DNA of 50,313 nt from a virus (IMGVR_UViG_3300037424_001491:1-50313), one strand, 5' to 3'; counted from the stretch's first letter, positions 17,879 through 27,404 are shown. The notes: generated from the letters alone by a model not told the origin. Numbers and translations: made by a program.

Positions 17879-18039
17879 CATGGAAGCCATGCCCCGCAAT
17901 CAAACAGACAGCGGCGGAGCGCCGCGCGTGGTGTCGGCGTTGCCTGCTCACCCCCGGCATGGCCGCGCTCTGCGAGGTCTCCACGGCCTGCCCGCCGGAC
18001 AAGGGGAGAAACAGAACGGATATGGAGGCACCCGAATGA
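17875..18039 (+). CDS. Small Cys-rich hypothetical protein
   Basis: ATGA overlaps at both ends. Confidence 0.45.
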   Translation: MTWKPCPAIKQTAAERRAWCRRCLLTPGMAALCEVSTACPPDKGRNRTDMEAPE

Positions 18040-18812
18040 TCGCGCCCCCCAAGGCCTGCCCGCGCTGCAAGAGCCCCCGCACGCGCGAGATCGACCACCG
18101 CGAGAGGATCGAGGTGGTCTCTTGCCATACCTGCGGGTATATCGAGTACCCCGGGGTTGATGGCAACGCCCTTTGCCCGGGGTGCGGCAGGGGCTTCCGC
18201 AAGCGTGGTCGTGCCACTATGTGCGCGGACTGTCACGCGACCGCACGGCTCAAGCCGCGCGAGCTACGGCAGTGCGCCGGGTGCGGCAAGGATTACGTCC
18301 CCCGGCGGACAGACCAGCGGTATTGCTCCGCGCGGTGCAATGCTCGGGCCGCGTACCACCGCACGCGGACACAAAAATATTGCCAGCTTTGCGGCGATCC
18401 GATCGAGAAGTACGGGTCGAAGTACTGCTCGGCGGAGTGCCGCGAGACCAGATGGCTGGCGGAGAACAAGGACAGGATAGCGGCCAACGCCCGGAGGTAT
18501 TACGAGGCGCACAGGGATGAGCACAACGCCCGGAGCCTTGAGCGATATAGGAACAACACGCAAAAGCGGAAGGCGCAGGATCGCGCGTGGCGGCAACGGA
18601 ACCCCGAAAAGCGCAAGGCGTATAAGCAGGCGTATTACCAGCGGCACCGCGAGAGGATGCGCGAGCAGGAGCGCGAGCGCGCCCGTCGCAAGTCCGCGTC
18701 CGTCGTCCGCGTCTGCGCGGGCTGCGGGACCGAATATCCGCCGAGGCGCGGACGCACCAGATATTGCGTCGCATGTTCGGCGCAGCGCAAGGCAACAGGG
18801 GCCGCGCAATGA
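18036..18812 (+). CDS. Multi zinc-finger basic protein
   Basis: Many CxxC and YCSxxC motifs; GGAGG RBS. Confidence 0.7.
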   Translation: MIAPPKACPRCKSPRTREIDHRERIEVVSCHTCGYIEYPGVDGNALCPGCGRGFRKRGRATMCADCHATARLKPRELRQCAGCGKDYVPRRTDQRYCSARCNARAAYHRTRTQKYCQLCGDPIEKYGSKYCSAECRETRWLAENKDRIAANARRYYEAHRDEHNARSLERYRNNTQKRKAQDRAWRQRNPEKRKAYKQAYYQRHRERMREQERERARRKSASVVRVCAGCGTEYPPRRGRTRYCVACSAQRKATGAAQ

Positions 18813-19126
18813 CTACTCCACGCACCTACACATGCCGCCGCTGCGGCGTGACCACCACGGAGTGGGGGCCGCACTGGGTCTGGACGCGGCGCGGCCCGCT
18901 CTGCTCGGCGGACTGCGGCAAGGCCTCGACCACGGACGAGATCATGGCCACACTCGGGCGGATAAAGGTGGTCGAGACGTTCGAGGAGAATGGCGCGACC
19001 GTGGTCACGGCGGAGCGCAAGAAGCTCGAATCCTTCTGCCGCGCCTACGGCATACCCCGGAGCTGGATGTACCTCACCTCCGGCCAGTGGCGCGTGACCC
19101 TCTTCGGGAAGCGTGCCAATGTCTAG
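18809..19126 (+). CDS. Zinc-finger hypothetical protein
   Basis: CRRC...CSADC; ATGA overlap. Confidence 0.55.
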   Translation: MTTPRTYTCRRCGVTTTEWGPHWVWTRRGPLCSADCGKASTTDEIMATLGRIKVVETFEENGATVVTAERKKLESFCRAYGIPRSWMYLTSGQWRVTLFGKRANV

Positions 19127-19712
19127 GATCATGCCGAATCAGATCAAGCGCGTCAAGATCGCCCAGAAGGAGATGGGCCTCACGGACGCGGCCTACCGTG
19201 CAACCCTCCGGCAGCTCTATGGCGTGGACTCGTGCACGGCCCTCACGCCCACACAGGCGGACGGGTTGCTCGCGCACTTCAAAGTCAAGGGGTGGAAGCC
19301 GACGTATCCGGAGCAGAAGCGCCGCTGGAACCCGAAGCCCGACCGCACGCTCCAAAACCCCGCCCGGCGGAAGGATCCTCCGGGCTCCACGCCCGGCCTG
19401 ATCACGAAGGCACAGGGCGAGAAGATCCGCGCCCTCGCAATGGTCATCACATGGCGGGTGCGCGACGGGTTGAACCGCATCTGCATGAAGATGATCGGGC
19501 GCGAGTTCCCCGTAACGGCTGAGGAGGCGTATACCATGATCGAGTGCCTGAAGAAGATGCGGGACAACGAGATCCGCGAGCGCTTCCACGGCGGCATGAG
19601 CTGGCGCGAGATCAGGCTAAAGTATAATCTAGTCTCGGGCGTGACCGAAGATGAACACACCCGGATCTGGGAGTACATCCAGACCCCCCCGAAGCGGAGG
19701 GCGAAGCGGTGA
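19119..19712 (+). CDS. gemA: GemA/DUF1018 family protein
   Basis: IKRVKIAQKEMGLTDAAYRATL...GVDSCTALT...IECLKKM; upstream of mor. Confidence 0.8.
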   Translation: MSRIMPNQIKRVKIAQKEMGLTDAAYRATLRQLYGVDSCTALTPTQADGLLAHFKVKGWKPTYPEQKRRWNPKPDRTLQNPARRKDPPGSTPGLITKAQGEKIRALAMVITWRVRDGLNRICMKMIGREFPVTAEEAYTMIECLKKMRDNEIRERFHGGMSWREIRLKYNLVSGVTEDEHTRIWEYIQTPPKRRAKR

Positions 19713-20011
19713 GTAGCTGGCGCGAGAAGGTTCGCCCCGACGACCTGCCCGGCGACCTCGCCCTCGTGGCGCAGGAGCTCGGCACCGAGACAGCTATCCG
19801 CCTGGCCGAGCGGTTCGGCGGGGTGCACCTCTACATCGTGCAGGCCGGGTCGGTGCTCTATGCAGCCAAGGCCCGTTGGGTGCTCGACCATCCCGAGATT
19901 CCCCCGCGCGACGCAGCGCTGGCCACCGGGCTCTCCGAGCGTCAGGTCTACCGCCTCCGCGCGGGCGCGGGCGTCGAGGATAAAGGCCCCTCGCTCCCCT
20001 TCTCCGGCTAA
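19709..20011 (+). CDS. mor: Mor/C-family late transcription activator
   Basis: FGGVHLYI...ATGLSERQVYRL. Confidence 0.85.
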   Translation: MSSWREKVRPDDLPGDLALVAQELGTETAIRLAERFGGVHLYIVQAGSVLYAAKARWVLDHPEIPPRDAALATGLSERQVYRLRAGAGVEDKGPSLPFSG

Positions 20012-20019
20012 CCAACCTT

Positions 20020-20077
20020 TTGTGACTCAGTCACAAGACTTCCCCATCCTATATCCATAAACTTCAGTTTATGGATA
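20020..20077 (+). promoter_or_regulatory. Putative Mor-dependent late promoter
   Basis: Dyad TTGTGAC-TCA-GTCACAA; -10 TAAACT within an 11-bp inverted repeat; conserved at 46129-46183. Confidence 0.7.
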
Positions 20078-20376
20078 CCTCAAACAGCGCCCGCGATCAG
20101 GGGAAGAGGACTTCACCGCCAGGAGCCGCCGAGGCGAACGGGGCTCGTCCCGGCGGCTCCGCCTCCACCGCCCATCAAGACCTTAACAACTTCGACCGCT
20201 GGAGCCTCGACCGCATAGAGGCCAAGGCCGTCTGCATTGTTCCTTGCACTGCCCCTTCCGTAAAGAGGGGTTCCGAAGGGGGACACGGTTCCCCTTCGCG
20301 GCGTAAGTGCATCCCCCTTCGTGCCGACTCCATCTGCCTCCAGTGCTACGACGCTGCCAGGGAGGCCCGCTCATGA
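20071..20376 (+). CDS. First late-operon ORF, Cys-containing hypothetical
   Basis: Homologous to 46177-46593 with frame conserved; ATGA overlap with the amidase. Confidence 0.55.
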   Translation: MDTSNSARDQGKRTSPPGAAEANGARPGGSASTAHQDLNNFDRWSLDRIEAKAVCIVPCTAPSVKRGSEGGHGSPSRRKCIPLRADSICLQCYDAAREARS

Positions 20377-20858
20377 GCGCGATCAAATCCATTGTGCTCC
20401 ATTGCTCGGACTCCACACACGGCTGCGCGCGGGAGATCCGCCGCTGGCATAGGGAGCGCGGGTGGAGCGATATCGGCTACCACTTCGTGATCGAGAACGG
20501 CACGCCCGTGCAAGGGCTCACCATCGAGGCGCTTGACGGCTCCATCGAGTGCGGGCGCACTTTGGACGGCTCCCCGGATCTTACCGGCGACGAGATCGGC
20601 GCGCACGCCCTCGGGCACAATGCGGACTCAATCGGCGTCTGCCTGATAGGCCGGGACGCATTCACCGACGCCCAGCGGCGCGCGCTCCTCGGGTTGCTTA
20701 TGGATCTCTGCACGCTCTACAAGATCGACCCGGACAGCGTGATCGGCCACTACGAGACAGAGAGCGGGCGGGCGCAGGGCAAGACATGCCCGAACTTCGA
20801 CGTGCCCGCGTTCCGCGAGGTCTTGAAGCACGAGATGTTCACGGAGGGCAAAGGATGA
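20373..20858 (+). CDS. Endolysin, N-acetylmuramoyl-L-alanine amidase (T7 lysozyme-like)
   Basis: IVLHCS, GWSDIGYHFVI, GAHALGHN, SIGVCLIG, GH...KTCPNFDV. Confidence 0.92.
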   Translation: MSAIKSIVLHCSDSTHGCAREIRRWHRERGWSDIGYHFVIENGTPVQGLTIEALDGSIECGRTLDGSPDLTGDEIGAHALGHNADSIGVCLIGRDAFTDAQRRALLGLLMDLCTLYKIDPDSVIGHYETESGRAQGKTCPNFDVPAFREVLKHEMFTEGKG

Positions 20859-21337
20859 GCTTCATGACAGACATCTTCGCGGGCTCGCTCGGCTCCACGG
20901 TGGAGGCCATAGGCTCCACGGTCAAGAAGTTCGTGACCACGGACAACGACCGCATGGCCATGCAAACAGAGCTGGAGGAGATCCTCCAGCGCCGCGACTC
21001 GGAGGTGGAGCAGACCATACGCACGGAGCTTGCGGCCAAGGAGCGCGTGCTCGTGGCCGAGCTACAGCAGGGCGACACATACACCAAGCGCGCCCGGCCC
21101 TCGGTGGTCTACTATGGGCTCGCGGCCATTACCGTGGATCTGGTCTTCCGCATCGGGATGGTCTTACGAGGCACCCCAATCTCCGAGGTACCGTCCACTT
21201 TTATCCCCACGGAGTTCTGGTACGCATGGGGCGGCATCGCCTCCACCTGGGTGATCGGGCGCTCGGCGGAGAAGCGCGGGGCGCGTAACAAGGTGACGGA
21301 CTTCATCACGGGCGCTGGTTCGAGGCTGATCGATTGA
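20855..21337 (+). CDS. Holin (3TM/GTA-like)
   Basis: KRARP motif, hydrophobic helices, GRSAEK; follows the endolysin. Confidence 0.8.
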   Translation: MSFMTDIFAGSLGSTVEAIGSTVKKFVTTDNDRMAMQTELEEILQRRDSEVEQTIRTELAAKERVLVAELQQGDTYTKRARPSVVYYGLAAITVDLVFRIGMVLRGTPISEVPSTFIPTEFWYAWGGIASTWVIGRSAEKRGARNKVTDFITGAGSRLID

Positions 21338-21684
21338 ACGTGCAGTTGGATCCCCTCTACGCCGCGCTCATAAACGCGGGCGTGGGCGGGTTCATCGCGG
21401 TGCTCATCCTCGTGGGGCTCTACTACATCGTGCGGAGCCTCGGGAGCCGGTTCGTGGACAGTCAGGTCCGGCAGGCCGAGGCCCTCGGCGCTCAGGCGCA
21501 GGCCCTGGCGAGCCTGAGTACCTCGGTGCAGAGGTTCACGGTACGCGACAACACGGAACATCGCGAGATGCTCGTACTCCTGAGGCTGATCGCACAACAC
21601 CAGGAATCACTGGAAGAGGTAAAACGTGAACACGAGCACCGCAAAAAATCGGCGCATCAGAATTGCCCTGTTAGAACTACTTAA
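21334..21684 (+). CDS. Membrane protein in the lysis region
   Basis: N-terminal TM helix then coiled coil; conserved at 47551. Confidence 0.7.
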   Translation: MNVQLDPLYAALINAGVGGFIAVLILVGLYYIVRSLGSRFVDSQVRQAEALGAQAQALASLSTSVQRFTVRDNTEHREMLVLLRLIAQHQESLEEVKREHEHRKKSAHQNCPVRTT

Positions 21685-21934
21685 AGTCCACTACGTGGAG
21701 TCACCCGGCACTGCCGACCTGAAGCTCCTGCGATTCGCGCTCGACAGCCTCGGGTATCCCCTCATGGAGGGCATGCTCACGGCCCATCTCCGGTACCTCG
21801 AAGAGAAGGGGTACGTGGAGCTGACCCGGCGGAAGGGCTACGGGTTCGACATCGCGTTCGCCTCCCTCACCGCTGCGGGGTGGGATCTACTCGACGGGCT
21901 CACGCACGACCGTGGCGTGGACGGGGAGTTGTAA
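21626..21934 (+). CDS. Mu gp26-like winged-helix protein
   Basis: RIALLELL...HLRYLEEKGYV...LTAAGWD; position before the terminase. Confidence 0.7.
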   Translation: MNTSTAKNRRIRIALLELLKVHYVESPGTADLKLLRFALDSLGYPLMEGMLTAHLRYLEEKGYVELTRRKGYGFDIAFASLTAAGWDLLDGLTHDRGVDGEL

Positions 21935-21937
21935 TCC

Positions 21938-22396
21938 ATGCCCAAGGGCAAGGGCATACGCCGGAACGTGGATCTGGCCTTCGACGTCTACTGCGAGACG
22001 GGCGGGGACGTGGCTGCCACGATCCGCGAGCTTGCGTCGCGCCACGGCCTGACCGTCTCGCGCCCCACGTTCTACGACTGGGCGAAGGCCCACAGCTTCG
22101 ACGCCCGCCGCGTGGGGGTGGACGCCAGGAGGCAGGCTGACCGCGAGGCCCTCCTGACCGCGCGTGCGCGCATGGTGCGGGGGCTCCTCGACCGCATGGA
22201 GCAGTACGAGGCGTACATGGCCTCTCAGGGCGGCAAGCCCGACCACATGGCCCAGTTCGCCTACAACGGGATCGTCGGGCAGCTCCGCCTCCTCGTGCGC
22301 AAGTTCGAGTACGAGGACGTGGAGGAGACCGCCCCGGCCGAGGATGTGAAGGTGAAGGCACGGGACATATTGAAGGAGATCTATGGAATCGAGTAG
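21938..22396 (+). CDS. Putative terminase small subunit
   Basis: HTH (VSRPTFYDWAK); directly upstream of TerL. Confidence 0.65.
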   Translation: MPKGKGIRRNVDLAFDVYCETGGDVAATIRELASRHGLTVSRPTFYDWAKAHSFDARRVGVDARRQADREALLTARARMVRGLLDRMEQYEAYMASQGGKPDHMAQFAYNGIVGQLRLLVRKFEYEDVEETAPAEDVKVKARDILKEIYGIE

Positions 22397-23672
22397 GCCG
22401 GTGCTCATGCCGTATCAGCGCCGCTGGATCGCGGACCGCTCAACGCGCAAGGTCTGGGTCGCGTCGCGCCAGATCGGCAAGTCCTTCGCCCTCTCCCTCG
22501 ATGCGGTCTCCGAGGCCCTCGCCAGCAGGTGCGACAACCTCGTACTCTCGCGCTCGCAGCGGCAGAGCCGGGAGATGATGCGCAAGGTCAAGGATCACCT
22601 CCGCGTCTTCGGCGCGCTCAGCGCGGGCGCTCTGGACGCACTCGACGACCGCGCGGAGGACGTCACGCTCCCCGGCGGCTCGCGGATCATCAGCCTCCCG
22701 GCGAGCCCGGACACGGTGCGCGGGTTCTCGGGCAACGTGTTTCTCGACGAGTTCGCGTTCCACTCGGACGACCGCGAGATATACAAAGCCGTCTATCCGT
22801 ACACTACGCGCGGCTACAAGATACGCATATGCTCCACGCCCAACGGCCTCGGCAATATGTTCGCCGATATCGTGACGCGGCCCGATACCCCGTTCTCCGT
22901 GCACTCCACCACCATCCACGAAGCCAGGGCCGAGGGCTTTGAGGTGGACATCGATGATCTGAGGCGCGGCATCCCGCACCCGGACGACTGGGCGCAGGAG
23001 TACGAGTGCCGGTTCGTGGACGAGGCCACGGCGCTGCTCACGTATGACCTGATCCAGTCGGCAGAGGACGCGCTTGCGACAGAGGACGTGGCCGCATGGA
23101 CGGGGAGCGCGGATCGCGGCGACCTGTACCTCGGGGTGGATATCGGCCGCCACCGCGACCTGACCGCGTTCTGGCTGCTGGAGCTGGTCGGCGACGTGAT
23201 GTGGACGCGCGCTGCCATGGTTATGCACCGCGCCCCCTTCGCGCTCCAGCGCGAACGCCTGTACGGCCTGATGGACGTGTACGGTATCCGGCGCGCGTGC
23301 ATTGACGCCACGGGCCTCGGGATGCAGCTCGCGGAGGAGGCGCGCGTGCGCTACGGCTCGCGCGTGGAGCAGGTGACGTTCACCGGAGCGGTAAAGGAAG
23401 ACCTCGCGATCACGATGATGCGCCGCTTTCAGGACAGGCTCGTCCGCGTGCCCGCGTCCACGGCAGTGCGCGAAGACCTGCACTCGGTACAGAAGGTGAC
23501 CACGGCGGCGGGCAACGTGCGGTATGACGCCCAGCGATCGGACGCCGGTCACGCCGACCGGTTCTGGGCTCTGGCCCTCGCGGTGCAGGCCGCTGGCACG
23601 ATGCGTGGCCCGATCGAATACGAGCAGGTGGCGGCCCGCACGGGGTTTAACCGCGCGAAGGGGTGCTGGTAA
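22383..23672 (+). CDS. Terminase large subunit (Mu gp28-like)
   Basis: SRQIGKS, VFLDEFAF, STPNG, GVDIG, IDATGLG, HADRFWALALA. Confidence 0.93.
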   Translation: MESSRPVLMPYQRRWIADRSTRKVWVASRQIGKSFALSLDAVSEALASRCDNLVLSRSQRQSREMMRKVKDHLRVFGALSAGALDALDDRAEDVTLPGGSRIISLPASPDTVRGFSGNVFLDEFAFHSDDREIYKAVYPYTTRGYKIRICSTPNGLGNMFADIVTRPDTPFSVHSTTIHEARAEGFEVDIDDLRRGIPHPDDWAQEYECRFVDEATALLTYDLIQSAEDALATEDVAAWTGSADRGDLYLGVDIGRHRDLTAFWLLELVGDVMWTRAAMVMHRAPFALQRERLYGLMDVYGIRRACIDATGLGMQLAEEARVRYGSRVEQVTFTGAVKEDLAITMMRRFQDRLVRVPASTAVREDLHSVQKVTTAAGNVRYDAQRSDAGHADRFWALALAVQAAGTMRGPIEYEQVAARTGFNRAKGCW

Positions 23673-23883
23673 TGGCTGGCCGCGTGCATCTGCCCGCCTC
23701 GAAAACACGCCTTATTCCGCCCGGCGGCCCGGCTCCGGCCCATAGAGGGGGCCGGATTCCGGCCGCGCGCCGCTCCGTGGCGCTACGGCGCGGTATAACA
23801 CGCAAAATCGATACCCAAACGGTGCCGCGCGACGCCCGTGGCCCTCAACCCGTATCGGGACCGCTCGAAAGGGGTGCGTATTA

Positions 23884-25554
23884 ATGAGGCTTCTGGATCA
23901 ATACGGCAGGGAAATCGGCAAGAACCGCCCGATCCTCGACGAGGTGGGGGGCGTCGCGGGCATCCGGGACAGGTACTCCACCTACCCGAGCCAGGGGCTC
24001 ACGCCCGAGCGGCTCACCCGGATATTCAAACAGGCCGATATGGGCGACGTGTTGAGCCAGGCGGACCTGTACGAAGAGATGGAAGAGAAGGACGCCCAGC
24101 TCGGCGCGGTGCTCCAGACCCGGAAGCTCGCGGTGGCCGGGCTCTCCCGCGAGGTGGTGGCCGCGAGCGACTCGGCCGAGGACCGGGAGATCGCGGACTT
24201 CGTGCGCGAGGCCCTCGACTGGATCCGGAACCTCGACGACGCGCTCGTGGCCATGCTCGACGCGACCGGTAAGGGGTACTCCGTGTCCGAGATCATATGG
24301 GAGGTGGACGAAGGCAGGGTCTGGTGCTCGGACATCCGCTGGCTCCACCCGAGGCGATTCACGTTTAACTCGCCCCACGGCGTGACCGGCGCCCCGAAGT
24401 TCCTGACCGAAGCGGAACCCGCATACGGCGAAGACCTCCTGCCGAACAAGTTCATCTACCACCGCGCTGGCGGTCGTGCGGGCTCGGCCGTGCGTGCGGG
24501 CGTGCTCAGGCCGTGTGCGTGGATGTACCTCTTCAAGAACTACACGCTCAAGGACTGGATCATATTCAACGAGCGGTTCGCGATGCCCATGCGGATCGGG
24601 AAGTACACGCCCGGCGCGGGCGAGCAGGAGCGTAAGGTTCTGCGCGAGGCGGTATTCAACCTCGGCTCGGACGCGGCGGCCGTGATCTCCGAGTCCACGA
24701 TGATCGAGCTGCTTGAGGGCCAGAAGTCCGGCAGTTTTGCTGCATACGAGAAGCTCGTGGCCTACTGCAACGCGGCCATGAGCAAGGCGGTGCTCGGCCA
24801 TAGCGCGAGCGCGGACTCCACGGCAGGCCGCCTCGGCTCGGAGAACGACGCGCGCGACATCCGCCGCGACATCCTCGAGGCCGACGCCCTCGGGCTCTCT
24901 ACCACGGTCCGGCTCCAGCTGATCCGGCCGCTCGTCGCGTTCAACTTCGGCCCGGACAAGGCCCTGCCCATGCTCCGCTTCGCGCTCGACGAGAGCGAGG
25001 ATCTCGAGAAGGCCGCGGTCGCCATAGGCGCGCTCGCCGGGGCGGGCCTCAGGATCCCGGCTTCGCACGTCTATCAGCGCTTCGGCATCCCCGCGCCCGC
25101 CGAGGGCGAGGAGGTGCTCGAGCGCCTGAGCGCGCCCATGCCCTTCAAGCGCGGAGACCTCCCCCCCGTACTACGAGCCGGGCACGATATCGCCGCGCAC
25201 CGCGCCACGCTCGAAGCGCTCCAGCGCGGCGGCCACGTCCCCGACGAGTTACGTGCAGCCCTGCTCACCCCGCCGGGCTGTACCTGCGGGTGCGGTGGCA
25301 CGAGCCTTGCCGCCATGAAGGGCGGACAAAAGGACGGCGTGGACGAGCTCACCGGGCGGCTCCTGGCCGAAGCCCCCGACCCGGCCATGGCGCGGGTCGA
25401 GAAGCTGCTCGCAGAGTCGCCCACGCTCGAGGCGTTCCGCGACGGGCTGCTGGATGCCTTTAAGGATATGGACGTCACGGAGCTGGCAAACGTGATGCAG
25501 CGGGCCTTTGTGGCGGCCGAATTGGCGGGGAGGTACCGTGGCACCCACGGCTAG
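23884..25554 (+). CDS. Portal protein (Mu gp29/DUF935)
   Basis: YEEMEEKDAQL, GKGYSVSEIIW, ERFAMPMRIGKY, MSKAVLG. Confidence 0.92.
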   Translation: MRLLDQYGREIGKNRPILDEVGGVAGIRDRYSTYPSQGLTPERLTRIFKQADMGDVLSQADLYEEMEEKDAQLGAVLQTRKLAVAGLSREVVAASDSAEDREIADFVREALDWIRNLDDALVAMLDATGKGYSVSEIIWEVDEGRVWCSDIRWLHPRRFTFNSPHGVTGAPKFLTEAEPAYGEDLLPNKFIYHRAGGRAGSAVRAGVLRPCAWMYLFKNYTLKDWIIFNERFAMPMRIGKYTPGAGEQERKVLREAVFNLGSDAAAVISESTMIELLEGQKSGSFAAYEKLVAYCNAAMSKAVLGHSASADSTAGRLGSENDARDIRRDILEADALGLSTTVRLQLIRPLVAFNFGPDKALPMLRFALDESEDLEKAAVAIGALAGAGLRIPASHVYQRFGIPAPAEGEEVLERLSAPMPFKRGDLPPVLRAGHDIAAHRATLEALQRGGHVPDELRAALLTPPGCTCGCGGTSLAAMKGGQKDGVDELTGRLLAEAPDPAMARVEKLLAESPTLEAFRDGLLDAFKDMDVTELANVMQRAFVAAELAGRYRGTHG

Positions 25555-26773
25555 CCCGGAAAGCCTGCCCTTCGACGAGGCGATCGCGTACTTCCGCGAC
25601 AAGGTGAACCTGCCCACGGAGGGGTGGACGGATCTCATGGGCGGGATGCACTCGCGCGCCTTCGTCGTGGCCGGGGCACAGAAGTCCGAGCTGCTGGCCG
25701 ATCTGCGCGGGGCCGTGGATCAGGCGCTGGCCGAGGGCACGACCCTCGCGGACTTCCGGCGGGAGTTCAAACAGATCGTGGCGCGCCACGGGTGGAGCCA
25801 CAAGGGTGAGCCCGGCTGGCGCACGGCCACGATCTTCGAGACGAACCTCCGCACGGCCCACGCGGCAGGGCGCTACAAGGAGATGACGGATCCGGCCGTG
25901 CTCGCGGCCCGACCGTACTGGCGGTATATCGGCGGGCTCTCGGTGAACCCACGGCAGGAGCACATGGAGTGGTCCGGGACGATCCTTCCGGCGGACGACC
26001 CGTGGTGGAGCAAGCACTATCCACCGAACGGATGGGGATGCAAGTGTATGGTGACGAGCGTATCGGAGGGGGAGATGGAGCGCGACGGCCTGCGCCTGAG
26101 CCCGGCCCCCGGGAACGGGACGGTGGAGTGGACGGATCCGCAGACCGGCGAGGTCAGGGACGTGCCGAAGGGCGTGGATCCCGGCTGGGACTATAACCCC
26201 GGCGAGGCCGCCTGGGGACGGCGGCTCTCGGATGACGCCATGGCCGCGTGGCGGAAGCAGGGGGCTGCGGCGTTCGAGAGCCTCACGCCCGAGACCTGGG
26301 AGAATTACGGGCTGGAGCCCCGCCTCGAGCCTCTGGCCTCGGGTGCGCGGCCTGACCATTCCATACCGCAGACGCGCGAGGGGGTGCGGACGTACATGCG
26401 GCGGCTCATAGGCGGGGACGAGAAGGTCTACACCTTCGCCGACCGCGACCACCCCGGGTTCCGCCACGACGTGCTCGTGAACGCCGACTCGGTGGCCGGG
26501 CATGTGGATCCGGATCGTGCCGCGTTTCTGCCTGTCCTCGGGGAGACCATCGAGAGCCCGCAGGAGGTCTGGGCCGCGTTCGAGCGCCACAGGGGCACGG
26601 GCCGGGTGATCCTCCGCCAGCGGTTCATCCGTGCGGCTGGCAGCGGCGAGACGGGGATGCTCGCGGTGGCGCAGGCACGGGGCGGCGTGATGGAGGCTTG
26701 GACGGTCATCCCGACGGGTGACTGGAGTTATCTCAACAAGCAGCGATCCGGGAGGCTCGTATGGAAGCGGTAG
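25538..26773 (+). CDS. MuF (gp30) minor head protein with a C-terminal PBECR2-like nuclease domain
   Basis: AFVVAGA, IFETNLRTAHAAGR, PPNGWGCKC, DPGWDYNPG; C-terminal extension ...TIESPQEVW...YLNKQRSGRLVWKR. Confidence 0.8.
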   Translation: MAPTASPESLPFDEAIAYFRDKVNLPTEGWTDLMGGMHSRAFVVAGAQKSELLADLRGAVDQALAEGTTLADFRREFKQIVARHGWSHKGEPGWRTATIFETNLRTAHAAGRYKEMTDPAVLAARPYWRYIGGLSVNPRQEHMEWSGTILPADDPWWSKHYPPNGWGCKCMVTSVSEGEMERDGLRLSPAPGNGTVEWTDPQTGEVRDVPKGVDPGWDYNPGEAAWGRRLSDDAMAAWRKQGAAAFESLTPETWENYGLEPRLEPLASGARPDHSIPQTREGVRTYMRRLIGGDEKVYTFADRDHPGFRHDVLVNADSVAGHVDPDRAAFLPVLGETIESPQEVWAAFERHRGTGRVILRQRFIRAAGSGETGMLAVAQARGGVMEAWTVIPTGDWSYLNKQRSGRLVWKR

Positions 26774-26775
26774 TA

Positions 26776-26856
26776 GGAATGGGGCCCTCACTCCCCCCAC
26801 AGCGGGGCGGGCGGATGGTGGCGTCTATCGGGGCTGCGGCCCAGGCGGCACCTTCC
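26776..26856 (-). ncRNA. Candidate cloverleaf small RNA, antisense, directly behind the MuF-PBECR gene
   Basis: Minus-strand promoter TTGACG-17 bp-CATAAT (26891-26863); GGAAGGUGCC...GGCCCCAUUCC closing stem with three internal hairpins. Confidence 0.5.
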
Positions 26857-26891
26857 AATCACATTATGCCACGCCCGGGGGGAGGCGTCAA

Positions 26892-27404
26892 GTGAGCGGC
26901 GCGGCACTGGTATATCGCATCGAGGCCGGTTCGGCCCATGAGTTCTTCGCATGGGTCAAGGGGCGGCTCACGGACATGACCCCGGTCATGCGGGTCGCGG
27001 GCGAGATCCTCCGCACGAGCGCGGTGCGGAACTTCGAGGAAGGCGGGCGGCCCGATAAATGGGAGCCCCACGCCATGGCCACGGTGCTCGGCGGTATCAG
27101 GAAGAAGGACTTCACGAAGCGCGGGAAGCTTCGCGGCGGGGCCGGGCGGCGCTTGCGGCGGGGCAGGGTGCTCGTGCGCTCGGGCAGGCTCATGGGCTCG
27201 ATCAGCTGGCAGGCCACGCGCGAGAGCGCCACGGTCGGCACGAACGTGGTCTACGCCGCGATCCACCAGTTCGGCGGAGAGGCCGGGCGCAAGGGCCACC
27301 GGGTGACTATCCCCGCCCGCCCGTTTCTGCTCGTGCAGGACGAGGATCACGCCGAGATCAGGCGCTCGGCCATAGAACATATCCTTCATGGAGGCAAGGC
27401 ATGA
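26892..27404 (+). CDS. Virion morphogenesis protein (Mu gpG-like)
   Basis: LVRSGRLMGSI, VGTNVVYAAIHQFGG, IPARPFL. Confidence 0.88.
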   Translation: MSGAALVYRIEAGSAHEFFAWVKGRLTDMTPVMRVAGEILRTSAVRNFEEGGRPDKWEPHAMATVLGGIRKKDFTKRGKLRGGAGRRLRRGRVLVRSGRLMGSISWQATRESATVGTNVVYAAIHQFGGEAGRKGHRVTIPARPFLLVQDEDHAEIRRSAIEHILHGGKA

